Counted from the first letter of the stretch, positions 26,531-40,058 are shown. The stretch: 64,000 nucleotides of DNA from the human T2T-CHM13v2.0 reference genome, Homo sapiens (GCF_009914755.1 NC_060926.1); one strand, 5' to 3'. Translations and numbers: made by a program. Notes: generated from the letters alone by a model not told the origin.

Positions 26531-26590
<60 letters not shown>

Positions 26591-26612
26591 TATATTTATG
26601 TGTGTGTGTGTG
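26531..26612. repeat. Pure (TA)27 microsatellite followed by (TG)n
   Basis: Uninterrupted tata at 26531-26584, then a short TG run. Confidence 0.97.
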
Positions 26613-28042
26613 TATAAGAACTTTAAAAACTTCATTACCAGAGAGGAAAGATCTTCTAACACTAAAACATGTCCAGATCCAAAGAAGTGACTCTCTAGTG
26701 GTAAAATTGCAGATATTAAGAAGTATATTTCAGGGCAGAGAGTTATGCCAAAAACCCCTCAATCTACCCACCACATAGACACCTAACACTCTGATTTTGG
26801 GTTTCTGTGCCAGGCAGGAAGGGGCTGTTTTCATCATTATTCTCCTCCTACCATATCTCTAAGTGTCTGCTCTCAAGCAGCTTTATGATGGCTTAGGAAT
26901 TCCTAAGTCCAAGTCATAAATCAGACCCCCAGTTTTTGTCCCGATTCTAGTCTCTGAAACCTGGAACTTTAGAGTCCCTATGAATTACTCGTCAGGGAAG
27001 AAAAGGGAGATAAATCCTGAGAGAACTGAGGAATATCTCACCAGGGGCCCATTGAAGGAGATAAGAAATAAATGAGAAAAGTGTGTATCTGCACAGCCTG
27101 GTGTAATGGTCTAGCCTGTCTCAGACAAATCATAACACCTAGCTGACCTCTAGGACAAGGTCAAGGCAAACACATTCATCCTTGACCACCTACCATGGCT
27201 CTGAATTACAAGGGAGGCAGAAGACAACCAGGTTAATCCAGGGAAGCTAAGACCAAAGGGTGGCAACAGCAGGCAGTCTCTACACGAAATCAGAGAAGTG
27301 TCAACTCAGACACAAAATGGAAAAGTGGACTCCTTTGAACTGTCGACTGAAGACAACCATTGGTTGTGAGTGCAATGAGGGGTTTGGGCTTTTTTTTTTT
27401 TGTTTTTTTTTTTTTTTTCCTCTTTAAAGGAAGTTGCTAAACTTGTTACTGGAAAGAGTTTGATTCCTTAGATTGTTCCATATGCCCAAATCTGACAGTT
27501 ACACTGGCACACTTTGATTCCCCATTTCAAAACCGTGTGTGGAGACAAAACTGAGCGACTTCCATGTCACATCCTGTTCTCTCAACCGAGCTTTGACATT
27601 TGCAGAGGACTCTTCCAAGGGAATAAACTAAGCGCAGATAGAACTCAGTCTTTTCCCTTTAAGCCATCTCTTGCTGTAACATATTCTTCATCAAAGATGC
27701 ACTAGAAAACACTGTCTAGTGCGTAAAGAAGGTGTAATTTTTCAGTTTCTCACTGAGACGCAGGTTGGCAAATAGGTTAATTTTAACTTCGCAGATTGCA
27801 AGGTGTGTGAATAGAACAGCTATATCAAGAACAAAATAGAGCTGAGAAGAAAGAACTGCTCTGAGCCACCAAGCTGTTTCATCCCTAAGGTCATAGAGGG
27901 CATCAGGGGCCACCACGTTAACTACTGAAACAGCACTGGATTGAGGAGCCTCAACAATATATGCCCTTTTCATTCTTATCAAGAATAGAGAAGTGTGTGG
28001 AACACAAAAGGAAAAAAAAAGGACACCTAAAATTGTCATAGA

Positions 28043-28285
28043 TAATAATTATAGCTAACATTTATTGAGTGTTTATTACATGCCGAGCAGTTGGCTAAGA
28101 ATATGACATGCATGATCTCATTGAATCCATACAACTCTATGAGAAAGGAACAATTTCAGTCTCCTTTCATAGATGGGGAAGCTAGGGCTCAGAGAAATTA
28201 AATAATTGCTTGGAATCACATAGCTGTGGATGGTGGAGGTAAGATTTGTACCTAGGTCTGTCTGACTTCCAAACTGGTACCCCCG
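28043..28285 (-). mobile_element. Near full-length MIR
   Basis: 'atagctaacatttattgagtg...catagatggggaagctagggctcagag...ggtctgtctgacttccaaa'. Confidence 0.88.
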
Positions 28286-29386
28286 TTTCTCTATTCTGGC
28301 TTGTGCCACAATCCCAGTGACAAGAAAAGATCATTTACTACCAGCCCCTATTTTCCCAGGGTTCCTCGCACAGTTTGTGGATTATACAGCCTCTCGCTGC
28401 TTTCTTCCAAGCACCCTTTGTTTGATACTCCATCAGAGGAGTAATGAGCAGGGACTTAGGGCAAGGGAAAGAGGATATACAGAGCGATTGATTGGACCCA
28501 CATTGGCATCAAAACCATCAAGGAAGTAATTAAAACAAATATATAGAGTGAGATTTCAGGATTATCTGCATGTTTCAGTTATCAAAAGCATTCACTGTTC
28601 TTCATAAACCTACATAATCAGGTTGGCTCCAAAGCTGTTTTGTTTGCTTTGTCCTTTTCCCAACCTCATTAGCCTAGACAAAGACTTCACTTCTGATTTT
28701 AGACTAACAAAGTCAATCTGTATGAAACATAACTGGTTCTACAAGTCATACGGCAGCAAGGTCCCGCCCTTAGATTAAATACAATTTAAGGCCAGTAATG
28801 AACAAGATCATTAAGTCATTTTAAGGCCTCTTACTCCTACTGTCTACCAAACCAGGGTGTGTTTATTTATTTTCAAATGCCAGAAAAGTCCAAAGAAGCA
28901 AATCATGCTCACCTTAATAATGAGTGAGTCTTAAAGGGTTTAGCTTACAAATGACTTTGACTCATAGTTATGTCATTCCCTGGATATAGACCTAATGTTA
29001 GAAAATACACACAAACACATACTCAAACCAGTGTTTTGAATGATAAAATATTTAATTAAGTAAATGCTTTGTTTAAAATGTTAAATGCTTTGTTTAAAAC
29101 TGAGTAATAGCCTTGAGATACTAAATAGCTGCCTTGGGAGGTGAAGACAGAATGCTATTCTTGTTTGATTTAGGGGCAAAGCAGCCAAAGGTAGGGCAGC
29201 ATGGGGTGCTGAAGTTTTGCAAACTTCAACTTTGAAATAAATATATCTCTTTGGATGAAGTCACAGGTATTCCAATGCCTTGGAAAAGAAGGGCTCCCTT
29301 TCAAATATTTTTGAGAAAATTCATTCCTTGAATAAAGTATATCTATTTCTATAGATCACAATAGCTACCAATTGATAAATGGACAC

Positions 29387-29792
29387 TGGGCAGAAACTGT
29401 TGATTAAAACCCGTGTTCTCCACCTCTTCCTGGGAGCACAGGTAGACTGTATTTCCCAACCTCCTTCTGCAGTTAGATGTTGCCATGTGGCCAGTGAAAT
29501 GTGAACAGAAATGATGGGTGCCACTCCCAGGTCTGGCCCATACAACCCTCCCATGTATGCCCCCTTGACCCTTTTCTCCTACATGCTGTGCAAACTTGGA
29601 AGCCATATGTTGAATATGGCACAGTCTCCATTGGCCTGAGCCTCTCAATGACTTCATGAAAGAGGCCACTCCGCTGACCTGTTCGCTTGCCCAGTATCAT
29701 CATGTGAGCTAGAAATAAACTTCTGTTGTGTTTTAGCCATAATATATGTTGGGGTCTCTTCTTATGATAGTTACCCTTCCCTAACTAATACA
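29387..29792 (+). mobile_element. MLT1 (I/J-like) LTR
   Basis: 'ctgtatttcccaacctccttctgcagttagatg...gaaataaacttctgttgtgttttagcca...ctaactaataca'. Confidence 0.75.
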
Positions 29793-31058
29793 GACACATT
29801 TTTCAGTTAAAAATCAGCTCCAGAATTATTTAAATCATTTCAATCTTGACTGATCTCCTAGGCATTACTCAGGGGAAGTACTAACCATCCATAAATAAAA
29901 CCTGTAATTATTTCTCTGGAAGCACAGCCACATAGAGTTGCCCATGTGAGAAGCAGCTTGACTGCAAACTGACAACCTTAAATCAGAACATCTGCCCTGA
30001 GATTTTTCACTTAAGATTCATTTTGAAACGATGGTAGGTTTTCTCTGTCAAGGGTGCCTTGACGCAGGTGAAGCATCTTTCCCCATTCACAGGCCAAGAG
30101 TTACTAATGATGTCTTCATTTCAGCCTCTCTGGAAAATGAGTATCTATCTCTTTGAAGTGGCCCACAGGAACCTCACAAGTGAGTTTCTGATATGCCATA
30201 TAGTGATCATTTAAGTAAAATTATTAAACTTTATATGCACAAATTGTGCATCAATTCCTATGTCAATTGTAGGTATAGAAGGAATTTTCAATGTTTTGAA
30301 CAATGTGCGGACCAACTAGAAAACAGTGTGCATACAACCAGGAGAGTAAGTGCTGTTTTCTTTACTATTCCGTACAATTACTCTGAAGTATTTTTTAAAA
30401 GTGGTTTCAAAACTGTTTTTAAATTATTTATTTTTTTAAATCTGCATAAACAACATGTATAATTTATTTGTTGAAACATGCGAATTATTTTTCTACATAG
30501 AAGAATGCCAACCCTTCCTTCCTTCCCTATTACTGAAGAGCTGGCATTTTAAGGAAGTTATTTGGTTCCTTCATTTCTGCCTTCACAGTTTGCTGGGACA
30601 GGAAATCTGAATAGGGGGCAGAGCAAAGTCCAGTCCTAGAAACTGGAGAGAAAGATTAGGGAGAAGATAGTAGAGAAGATGTGAGGGAGAGGAAAAGAAT
30701 CTGAGCTTAAAAACAAAGGAAAGGAAGTACTATGCTCAGAAAACCAGGGAACATGGAGTTGAGAGCAGGGGAACTGGAGAGTGACAAGCAGTTGGTTATG
30801 CAGTGACTGATGGGGAGGGTGGTCAGTGTACAACCCCCTCACAGGCTGCTTGAACCAGCTCAGTAATACAATCAAGGTATTGAGATTTAATTTACCTACA
30901 AATTTCAGAGTACATCTACTTTTAATTCTCACATCACAATGGCTCTCCCTACAAATCAAGATATCAGCTTCCCTGCCCAACCACTCCAAAAGGCTCCCCT
31001 ACATTGCTTGTAGGAGCCTCCAAAGGAGTAAGTCCTCTGTGCTTAAAAAGAACTGTCT

Positions 31059-31167
31059 GCTGAGGCAGGAGAATCACCTGGGCCCGGGAGGCATCGAGAT
31101 GGCACCACTGCGTGTCCACCTGGACGACAAAGTGTGACCCTGTCTCAAACAAACAAACAAACAAACA
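31059..31167 (+). mobile_element. 5'-truncated, internally deleted Alu right arm with (CAAA)n tail
   Basis: 'gctgaggcaggagaatcacctg...gaccctgtctcaaacaaacaaac'. Confidence 0.8.
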
Positions 31168-31493
31168 CAACTATCCACTAGTTACTAGTCAGTGTCTTCT
31201 ATAGTTGATGCCCACTTCCCTACTAGAAGAAGCTTCTTGGTGGTCACTATTAGCACACCCTTTATGATCTCTATCACTAACCAACTCACAAGGGAAAGCT
31301 GGGATGCTGATGGCTACGGTAAAATGAAAAAGCCAAATGAATGGCCTGGGTCTGGATATCCACCTGTCCTCTCATCCAAATTCTGCTCATGTGAAGCACT
31401 GGCCAAATCAAGTGATTCTTTGGTGGTATGTTATCTCCACTTTTCGGTTGTTCCTCCACTTCTTCTAATCTCAATTTCTTTGGACACATGTCT

Positions 31494-31858
31494 TGTATTA
31501 GTCTGTTCTCATGCTGCTAATAAAGACATACCCAAGACTGGGTAATTTGTAAAGAAAGAGGTTTAATTGACTCACAGTTCTGCATGGCTATGAAAGCTTC
31601 AGGAAACTAACAATCATGGAGAAAGAGAAAGCAAACACGTCTTTCTTCACATGGAGGCAGCAAGAAGTGCTAAGCAAACAGGGGGAAAGCTTACAAAACT
31701 ATGAGATCTCATAAGAACTCACTATCACGAGAATAGCATTAGGGTAAACATCTCCATTATTAAATTACCTCCCACTGGATCCTTCCCATGACACGTGGGG
31801 ATTATGAGAACTAAAATTCAAGACGACATTTGGGTGGGGACACAGCCAAACCATATCA
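31494..31858 (-). mobile_element. THE1 (B/C-like) solo LTR
   Basis: tgtattagtctgttctcatgctgct ... cacagccaaaccatatca; perfect 5-bp TSD tgtct. Confidence 0.95.
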
Positions 31859-32349
31859 TGTCTTCAAGGCAAAATAAATCTGATCTCAAAATGGATTCTT
31901 GTTTTGGTTTTTGAGGTCTGCCAATAATTTGTACCATCTAAGGGCATCGGGAGCAGCTATTTTGACCATAACCACATGGCTCCAGCTTTCCAAATTATCT
32001 GTATCTTCAGCGTAACTTTTTTTTTCATTTGTTTTATGGAATTTTTGTGAGTCTATTGGTATCTTTATTTTAGCAACAAAAATTTCTCCAAGGAACATCA
32101 TTTTGGCCTCCCCCTCAGCTTTTTCCTAATAGTTGAAATTGTGAGTTTAAAATATAAATAGAATGATCTGTTCAACTTTATAATGCTGCAAAGAAATATC
32201 AGTAACTGTTTAGTCAGCGATGCAATTTATATAGATAAATTAGTCTGGACCCAGAGTCTCAATATCTCAACCTCCTTCCTCTCCTTCCTTTCTCCATTCC
32301 ACCCCCCAAAAAAAACTTCAGAAGAAAAAAGTAGTAAATAACATATGCT

Positions 32350-32350
<1 letters not shown>

Positions 32351-32388
<38 letters not shown>
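32351..32388 (+). repeat. (TAGA)9 microsatellite
   Basis: Pure tetranucleotide run read directly. Confidence 0.97.
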
Positions 32389-33207
32389 TCATCAGGAAAA
32401 TAAGGTTATGCTTAAGCTTGAATTTCAACCAAACTGGGCATAAGATGTGAAGAAGACCCTCAACTCTTTGAGGTTATTATAATAAAGAAGTAACAATTGA
32501 GATTATTAACAGTAATTCGTGTGATCAGGAGAGAATTTAAATGGAAGCAATGGAACAGCCATAATTACTGTCATCGGACTGAAACTCACATAAGAATATG
32601 CAGCCTCTTTCTCTCTCTTTCTCTTTGTCTTTCTGTTTAGAGACATGTTCTTCTTTAGAACAACAACACACATGATCCTCATCTCTTTCTTCCAAAGGGT
32701 AGCAGTAGGAGGTGGTGACTGAGAAGTTTACACAAGACCGGCATATCTTTTGCATTCATTCCAGTCCTTCAACTGGATCTTTGTGCAGGCTGGTGTTACC
32801 CTGGCCATACAGTGATAAATAATGTCTCTTCCAATAGAGCATACCCTGGGAAAGCCTTTGAATGACAGTTAGAAAGGAGTAAATGAGACAAAAGAGGGAA
32901 GAAGGCCGGCTGTTAGGTGGGGCAGAGGGTTGAGGGTGGAGACGTTATTGTAGAAGCAAATGGGTTGCAGTATTAATCTGCATTTTTCTGTACCTAATTT
33001 CATTTTTTATACTAGTCCTTAAGTATGTGGAAAAATCACACACTTTGGGTTAACAGACTCATTTTGGAGGTGGCTTGAAGTCTATCCCTCAACTTTGGGG
33101 GTCCTTATTTGCACCAGTTGTAAATCAAGAACAATTCCTTATGATTTTTTTAGGGACACACTGGGAGTTTGAGATGCTAACATGTTGGTCGTTATATATT
33201 TCAGTTT

Positions 33208-33578
33208 TGTATTGTCAGGATAGGCTGGATATGCCAAAGTTAATAACAACAAAAACTGAACTAAACTAAAATATCTGTGACATAAATAACACAAGTTGGT
33301 TATCTCACACAAAGTCCATGGCAGATAGGAGCCCTGTCCAGGGCAGCTGCCCTCCAAGTCTCAGGGTAGTAATTCCTGCCACTTAGATCCTGAGACTTCA
33401 CCATCTCAAGGCACACTCCTTTATGACTCTGGTGGTAAAGGAGGAAAGAACCTGGAGAGACCAGTGGCACTGTCACTCACCACCTTGGCCATAACTTGTC
33501 ATATGATGTCTCCCAAATGCAAGGAGGGCAAGGAAGGAAGGTCCCAGAGAAATTGAGAAGTAAAAGTCTCTTTCACAG
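33208..33578 (-). mobile_element. Old MLT1 (J-like) LTR
   Basis: 'tgtattgtcaggataggctggatatgc...ttggccataacttgtcatatg...tgcaaggagggc'. Confidence 0.5.
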
Positions 33579-33725
33579 AGTTATGTCAGGAATACAGAAA
33601 GTATATTTTTAAATGATACAAAATATGAAAAACATAGTTAATAGCTTAGGAAATTATCAGTATGCTCACAAGTACCTAAAAAACAGAATCTTTATGCCCA
33701 AGATACAGCTACATGCTAAGGGAGC

Positions 33726-34139
33726 TGTATTAGTCCATTTTCACACTGCTATAAGGAAATACCCAAGACTGGGTAATTTACAAAGGAAAGAGGTTTATTT
33801 GACTCACAGTTCTGCATGGCTGAGGAAGCCTCAGGAAACTTACAATCATGGCAGAAAGCAAAGAAGAAGCAAGGACCTTCTCCACATGGCGGCAGAAGAG
33901 AGAGAGAAGCAAGAGTGCAGGAGAGAGAGAAGCAAGAGTGCAGGAAAAACTACATTTACAAAACCATCAGATCTGATGAGAATTCACTCACTATCATGAG
34001 AACAGCATGGGGGAAACAGGCCCCATAATCCAATCACTCCCCTCCTTCAATGCATAGGGATTACAGGTCCCTCCCTCAACACGTAGGGATTACAATTCGA
34101 GATGAGATTTGGGTGGGGACACAGAGCCAAACCATATCA
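33726..34139 (-). mobile_element. THE1D/MSTA-like solo LTR
   Basis: tgtattagtccattttcacactgctata ... cagagccaaaccatatca; perfect 5-bp TSD ggagc. Confidence 0.95.
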
Positions 34140-34231
34140 GGAGCTGAAGACAATTCTAATAATAGTCCCTTATTTCAAGGAGCTTTCACTATTCTGGTGG
34201 TGACAAGATATATGCTTCAAAGAATCAAGGC

Positions 34232-34480
34232 AGCTGGAAGTAGTGAAAAGAGCACTCTATTAGGAACCAGAGTTCTTAGATTCTAGTACCAGCTCTGACA
34301 CTTACTAGTTGTATCAACATGGACAAGCACTTTAGCCATTCTCAAGTTCCTCACCTGAAAGCCATCTATATGAGCATTTATTTTATCCACCTTCCAGGGC
34401 TGCAGCAAAGGCCAGATGAGATGACAGACATACTTGCCTGAGCACTGTAAAGGATAAAGTGTTTGTCACATGTAAGCTAT
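34232..34480 (+). mobile_element. MIR SINE
   Basis: 'agtagtgaaaagagcactctattaggaaccagag...agctctgacacttactag'. Confidence 0.6.
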
Positions 34481-35329
34481 AACTAGAGAATACAGAATAT
34501 AATGACAATAGTGCTCAATCTATTTCTTAAGCACCTACTCTTTTATAAACACTAGGCTTTACATAGGATTTCTCTTTTTGCAACTTCATTGTGGATTTTA
34601 ACAGGAAGGGAGAAGAAAGAAATTCTATTGCACATGTGGAGCAAAGTTTGAAACAGAGGGGCTGGATTCCTACGAGTTTAAGACAAAAAGAATGTAGGTC
34701 TGAGTTGCACAAATGGTTTCTAAGAACTATGTGGAAGAAACCTGAGTGGTTGAAGGAGGGGCTTGTTGATGGAGAAATTTTGAAGGCAGGCTGACAAGAA
34801 TGGTCTAGATCTAGGGGTTCAGAAAAAGCCTCAGTCAGTTCTTGGATAGGAAAGTGACATGACAAAAATGCTGTTTAACAAGATTAATTGGGCACAATAT
34901 TTAGGGTGGCTTAGAGTAGAGAGAGGCTAGGAGCAAAGACCACATACAATTATGTTTTAAATGGAGCTAGGGAGTGGGGAGGAAGAAAACTTGGCTATGA
35001 AGACAAAAATTAATGCTGTGCCAATGGTTAGTTAGAGAAGGGGGATAATGGAAAAAGGATAGTCAAAGATGTTCCCAAGTTGGAATCTGGATGGTAACAA
35101 AAGCTACTTTGCACCTTTGATCATATAAAGATGGCAACTTAAATATTTTGACACATGGAAATTATGTGATTACTTAATAATAAAATGAGAGCTAATAACA
35201 AATTGTTCATTTAAATCCATTTGAAATGGCTACATGAGTTCTCATAAGAAAAGTGGGGGTCTAAGTGAGGTTTGAGAAGTATAGATCATACCCCTGCTTC
35301 ACCCCTTTTGATGGCCATCTCCTCATTAC

Positions 35330-35640
35330 CTCTGAATAATCCAGTCACAAGCATAACACTCAAGGCCTTGGAGAGTCTGGCCATAGGACACCTTTTGAAC
35401 TTTTAACTCACCACATCCTCCCATACGCCTTCATGTTTTCCACACCAAAAATGCTTCAGGCATCTGCAAGCAGGCCAGGTACTTTCTCACCTTCATACCT
35501 TTGTTTCTTTAGTCTCTCTGCACGGAATGTTCTTTCCCTCTTCTCTGTGAAGGAACTTGCCATGCTTTACCATGTGCCTCAACATAACTTTGTGCTTCTA
35601 GCATGCAACTTGATTTATTTGATTTGGGGCTATGACTAAC
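35330..35640 (+). mobile_element. L2 fragment
   Basis: Pyrimidine-rich L2 3' region ('ctcaaggccttggagagtctggcc', 'ctctgcacggaatgttctttccc'). Confidence 0.45.
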
Positions 35641-35662
35641 TGAATAGATGTTCCTCTATCTC

Positions 35663-35774
35663 CAGGGTGAACAGCTCATCCAGATTTGACTGGCACTGTC
35701 ACCATTGAAAACTGAAAAAATCATGTCCTAGGAAATCCATCAGTCCCATTCAAACTTGGATGGTTGGTCACCCG
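35663..35774. mobile_element. MER81-like hAT-Blackjack MITE
   Basis: TIR-like ends cagggtgaacagctcatcc ... ggatggttggtcaccc; about 110 bp. Confidence 0.6.
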
Positions 35775-35869
35775 ATACTTCCTTGCTATATATCACAAGC
35801 CCAAGGACAGAGAGAACATCCTAGTCTTCTTGAAACTTACACATTGCTGAGCATATTAACCTGAACACA

Positions 35870-36075
35870 ATAGTATGTACTCATGCTATATTTAAGAGGT
35901 GTTTCTCCAAGAACTTTATATGTATTATTTCAATCACCACGGCCACCTAAGAAAGGTATTGTTATTCTATTTTACAAATGAGGAAACTGACGATCAGAGA
36001 AGGTATGTTGTCTATGCAGCATGTTTGGAAAATGGCAGGGCTGGAATTGGAACTTAGGAGGTCTGATTTCTGAGT
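35870..36075 (-). mobile_element. MIR SINE
   Basis: 'tattttacaaatgaggaaactga...ggcagggctggaattggaact'. Confidence 0.75.
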
Positions 36076-37790
36076 GTATTCAATGAGGGCTCAGACAAGG
36101 AGTTGCAGTAAGACATAGACAGATGTTTCCCATGTTTGTCCTCAAGTCAAATTCTATTTCTCTTAATAAAGGAATGTTTGTTCTACATTCCAGTTGTGGC
36201 AATGACTAGTTAATAAGTGCTCGGTAAATGCTCATTGAAATGAGACTGATTGATAGGTGCCTAATGTGAAGAAGAAGAGAAATGGATCAAGGGTAAGGGA
36301 ATCATAAAGGAGAACTATTAACTAATTTTCAACATTGCAAGGGAGAAAGAAGGATAGGAATGATGCTTCTAGTTAGCGCTTAAGGTAAAATTCCATCTAG
36401 TCTGACTGCTCTCCCAAGTCTCACCTCTTTTCAAGCAGATACAAACTAGGCCCTTTTTTCATCATTTTCTCAGAACATTTCCAAGTAGTACTTCTCATTA
36501 TTCTTATATTATTCCATTTGCATTTTAAGCATACAGTGTAAAGGCTGGAAAACAATGAAACATGCAAATAAGGAAGCTGAAAGTGTTCTTTGAAAAGTTA
36601 AGTGATGAAAAGTAATGGCACTGCAATTCTTTAAATGCAATACATTATCTCTTAAATCAACCTTCTGTGCTTTTCCTACCTTCCCCTGCTTTTGTTACAC
36701 TGTGCTTTTAAATTAAAAAAAAAAAATCCACAATAGTATTTTTGCAGGGAAAAGTAACTTTTAGAGATTGAATTATTTGTTTTTAATCTTCTAAGCATAA
36801 TACCCTTTTTCAAAAAGAAAAGTTTAATTTGAGTAGATAATTCTATGACAATTCTCTATCATTGCTATTTAAGATAGATTACATAAAACAGATGTATATC
36901 ACACTGAATATTCTTACATTTTGAACTATAATGGCAATCAAAGGTTTTCTCTCTTTCCAGGTGAGGGCTAATGACCTGAATTCCACTAAAGAATGTTTGT
37001 AACCAATTGGATCATCACATGGCCATTCAGAGTTTCATTGTGAGGAGTTACAGTTTATCACTTCTGTTTCTATAAAATAAGCTTTTAATTGTTATCTTTA
37101 ATAATTGTCAAGCTTTTAGAAGAAAAGGAAATATTTCTACTTTATTTTCCTGCTTTTTAAATTGTCCAAGATAGCCCTCCACATGGATCGGTTCAGGAAA
37201 AAATGTATCTACATAATGACAATGGGGACCATAGCCACTGAATAATGGATGCTTCCAGGATACATTGGGTATCTATTTTTAAATACATTAGAAAGATCTC
37301 TGCAGCCACAGAATGTCTTACATAAGCCATGCCTCAATCTCTTCAATATAAGTCCTGGGCTCCCACCCTTGACTTTCACTTCTGAGCCCTGGTCAGACTC
37401 ATTCTAGATTCTGGTTCTGTCTGTGCTGCCCCTAGATAGATAATCTTGGATAGCATCGGGCTCTAGGCAACATATCTTCTGTGTCAGAAAAAAATTTACC
37501 TTAGCTAGGAAATTATAAGTACAGGTTTAGGGTAAGCCAGGAAGTAGGTGAAGCTTTTCTCTTGCTCTGTCTTTAGGGTCTTACAGTCTTCTCATTCTGC
37601 AGTTCTTCCCACACCAAGCCTTCTTTCTCAGTGCCCTGGAAGGTTCCTCCTACTACTCCTACCTTCACAAGCTACGATCCCAGGTTTTCACCATCTTTTC
37701 CTCCCAGGAGTATTTGCATTTTAATCCAAAAAGGGCCCCCTACCCAATTAAACAGCTTTATTATTTTTAATTATGAAATCAATACATATT

Positions 37791-38226
37791 TGTCTTAGTC
37801 CATTTTGTGTTGCTATAAAGGAATACTCAAGGCTGAGTAATCTAGAAAGAAAGAGGTTTAGTTGGCTCATGGTTCTGTAGGCTGTACAAAAAGCATGGTA
37901 CCAGCATCAGCTTCTGGTGAGGGACTCCAACTGCTTCCACTCATGGTGGAAGGTGAAAGGAATCCAGTGTGTGTAGAGATCATATGGCGAGAGAAGAAAC
38001 AAGAGGTCAGGGAGAGGTGCCAGGTTCTTTTTAACAACCAGTTTTCATGGGAACTGATAAAGTGAGAACTCACTCACCCCCAAGGGAGGGCATTACATTA
38101 GTCTATTCATGAAGGATCTGCCCGTGATAACCCAAACACTTTCCACTAGGTCACACCTCCTAACACCACCACACTGGGGATTAAATTTCAACACAAGATT
38201 TGTTGGGGATAAACATCCAACCCACA
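37791..38226 (-). mobile_element. MSTB1-like MaLR solo LTR
   Basis: tgtcttagtccattttgtgttgctataaagg ... gggattaaatttcaacacaagattt. Confidence 0.9.
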
Positions 38227-38439
38227 GAAATACTTGTTTCATAAAATTTGGAAAATTATAAAGAAGAAAATAAAAATTACTTATTCCACCACCTAGAGAT
38301 AGGATGTGTTCTAAATTATTTTCTAAGCTTACCGGCATATACAAGTGACCATATATACATACTCTATTATAACCTGCTTTTCCACTGTCCTATTGAGTTA
38401 ATAAGGGCACTCAAAGCTCTTTTTTAAAGTGCCTCAATA

Positions 38440-38775
<336 letters not shown>

Positions 38776-39089
38776 CTAACATTATGTCTTTTCCTGATAG
38801 AAAAAGATCTGCTACATGCTCTCTTTCTCCACACCCCAACACCACTAACATTTGGCCAGAATAATGTAGAGAAAACTCTTCATTCAGTAAGTAAATCACT
38901 GTTTACTCTACACACACAATTCAGAACAATTCACTAAATGTGGCAAATCTAACTGTCCCCTACACTGGGCTCCCCAAGGGCAGATATCAGGTCCTATTGT
39001 TTTCCTTTGTGCTGCTGGGTGCTCAAAGCACAGCCTTTATGGATTCACTGAGTGGGTCCTTGCAAGCTGAACATTGGTGTATTTCAACT

Positions 39090-39640
39090 GTAAGGAAACT
39101 GTTTTCTTTCCCTTGACTATTTCTTCTTCATGTTCTCTGTTCTTTTGTTCGGAACATGTTGGACCTCTTGGATTGGTTCTTTTATCTCATGTGTTTTCAT
39201 ATATTTCCATTTCTTTTTATTATGACTTTACATTCCTGGAACGTTCCTCTACTTCACTTTCTAGCTCTTGCACTAAATGTTTTTATAGGCAATAATATTT
39301 TTATTCTTTAGAGCTCTTACTTTTCTGTTGCTTTTATGTAATATTTTCTTGAATCTCTCTGAGTGTTTTTTAAAGTTTTATCCTGTTTATAAAGATCTTG
39401 GTTTCCTTTAAATTTAGGGATTATTTTTTCTGTTTATCTTGATCTTTCTCTTTCATGGTGTTAGTTTTCTTTGTATTCCTTCGCTGTCCTATCACACTTA
39501 AGAAAAGGGGATTAAGAGGCTGCTGAGGGTTTCACTGCTGCTGCATAAGCCAATCTATTTCTTGGAAGAGTTCTCCCCTAAATTGGAAACCTAATAGATT
39601 TATTAAGCTATGTGTCCATGGATAAAACATAAATTAGCAA
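39090..39640 (-). mobile_element. Old L1ME-like fragment
   Basis: Strongly T-rich decayed sequence resembling antisense L1 ORF1. Confidence 0.45.
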
Positions 39641-39646
39641 GCTTCA

Positions 39647-40058
39647 TGGATTAGTCCATTTTGTATTGCTATAAAGAAATACCCAAGGCTGGGTAATTTA
39701 TAAAGAGAAGAGGTTTATTTGGCTCACAGTTCTGTAGGCTGTACAAGGAGCACACCAGCATCTCCTCTGGTCAAGACCTTGGGAAGCTTACAATCATGGC
39801 AGAAGACAAAGAGGGAGAGGGCACATCACATAGCAAGAAAGGGAGCAAGAGAGAGGAGGAGGTGCCAGGCTCTTTTTAATAACCAGGTCTTATGTGAACT
39901 GATAATGTGAGAACTCACTTATCACTAAGTGGATGACACCAAAACATTCATGAGAGATCTGCCCCATGACCCAGTACCTTCTACTAGGCCCCATTTCCAA
40001 CACTGGGGATCATATTTGAACATGAGATTTGGAGGGGACAAACATCTCAACTATATCT
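39647..40058 (-). mobile_element. MSTB-like MaLR solo LTR
   Basis: tggattagtccattttgtattgctataaag ... aaacatctcaactatatct; perfect 5-bp TSD cttca. Confidence 0.92.

Noticed and set aside
33899-33945. 21-bp internal duplication in the THE1D/MSTA LTR
   Set aside because: Slippage in the GA-rich variable region is common in MaLR LTRs.
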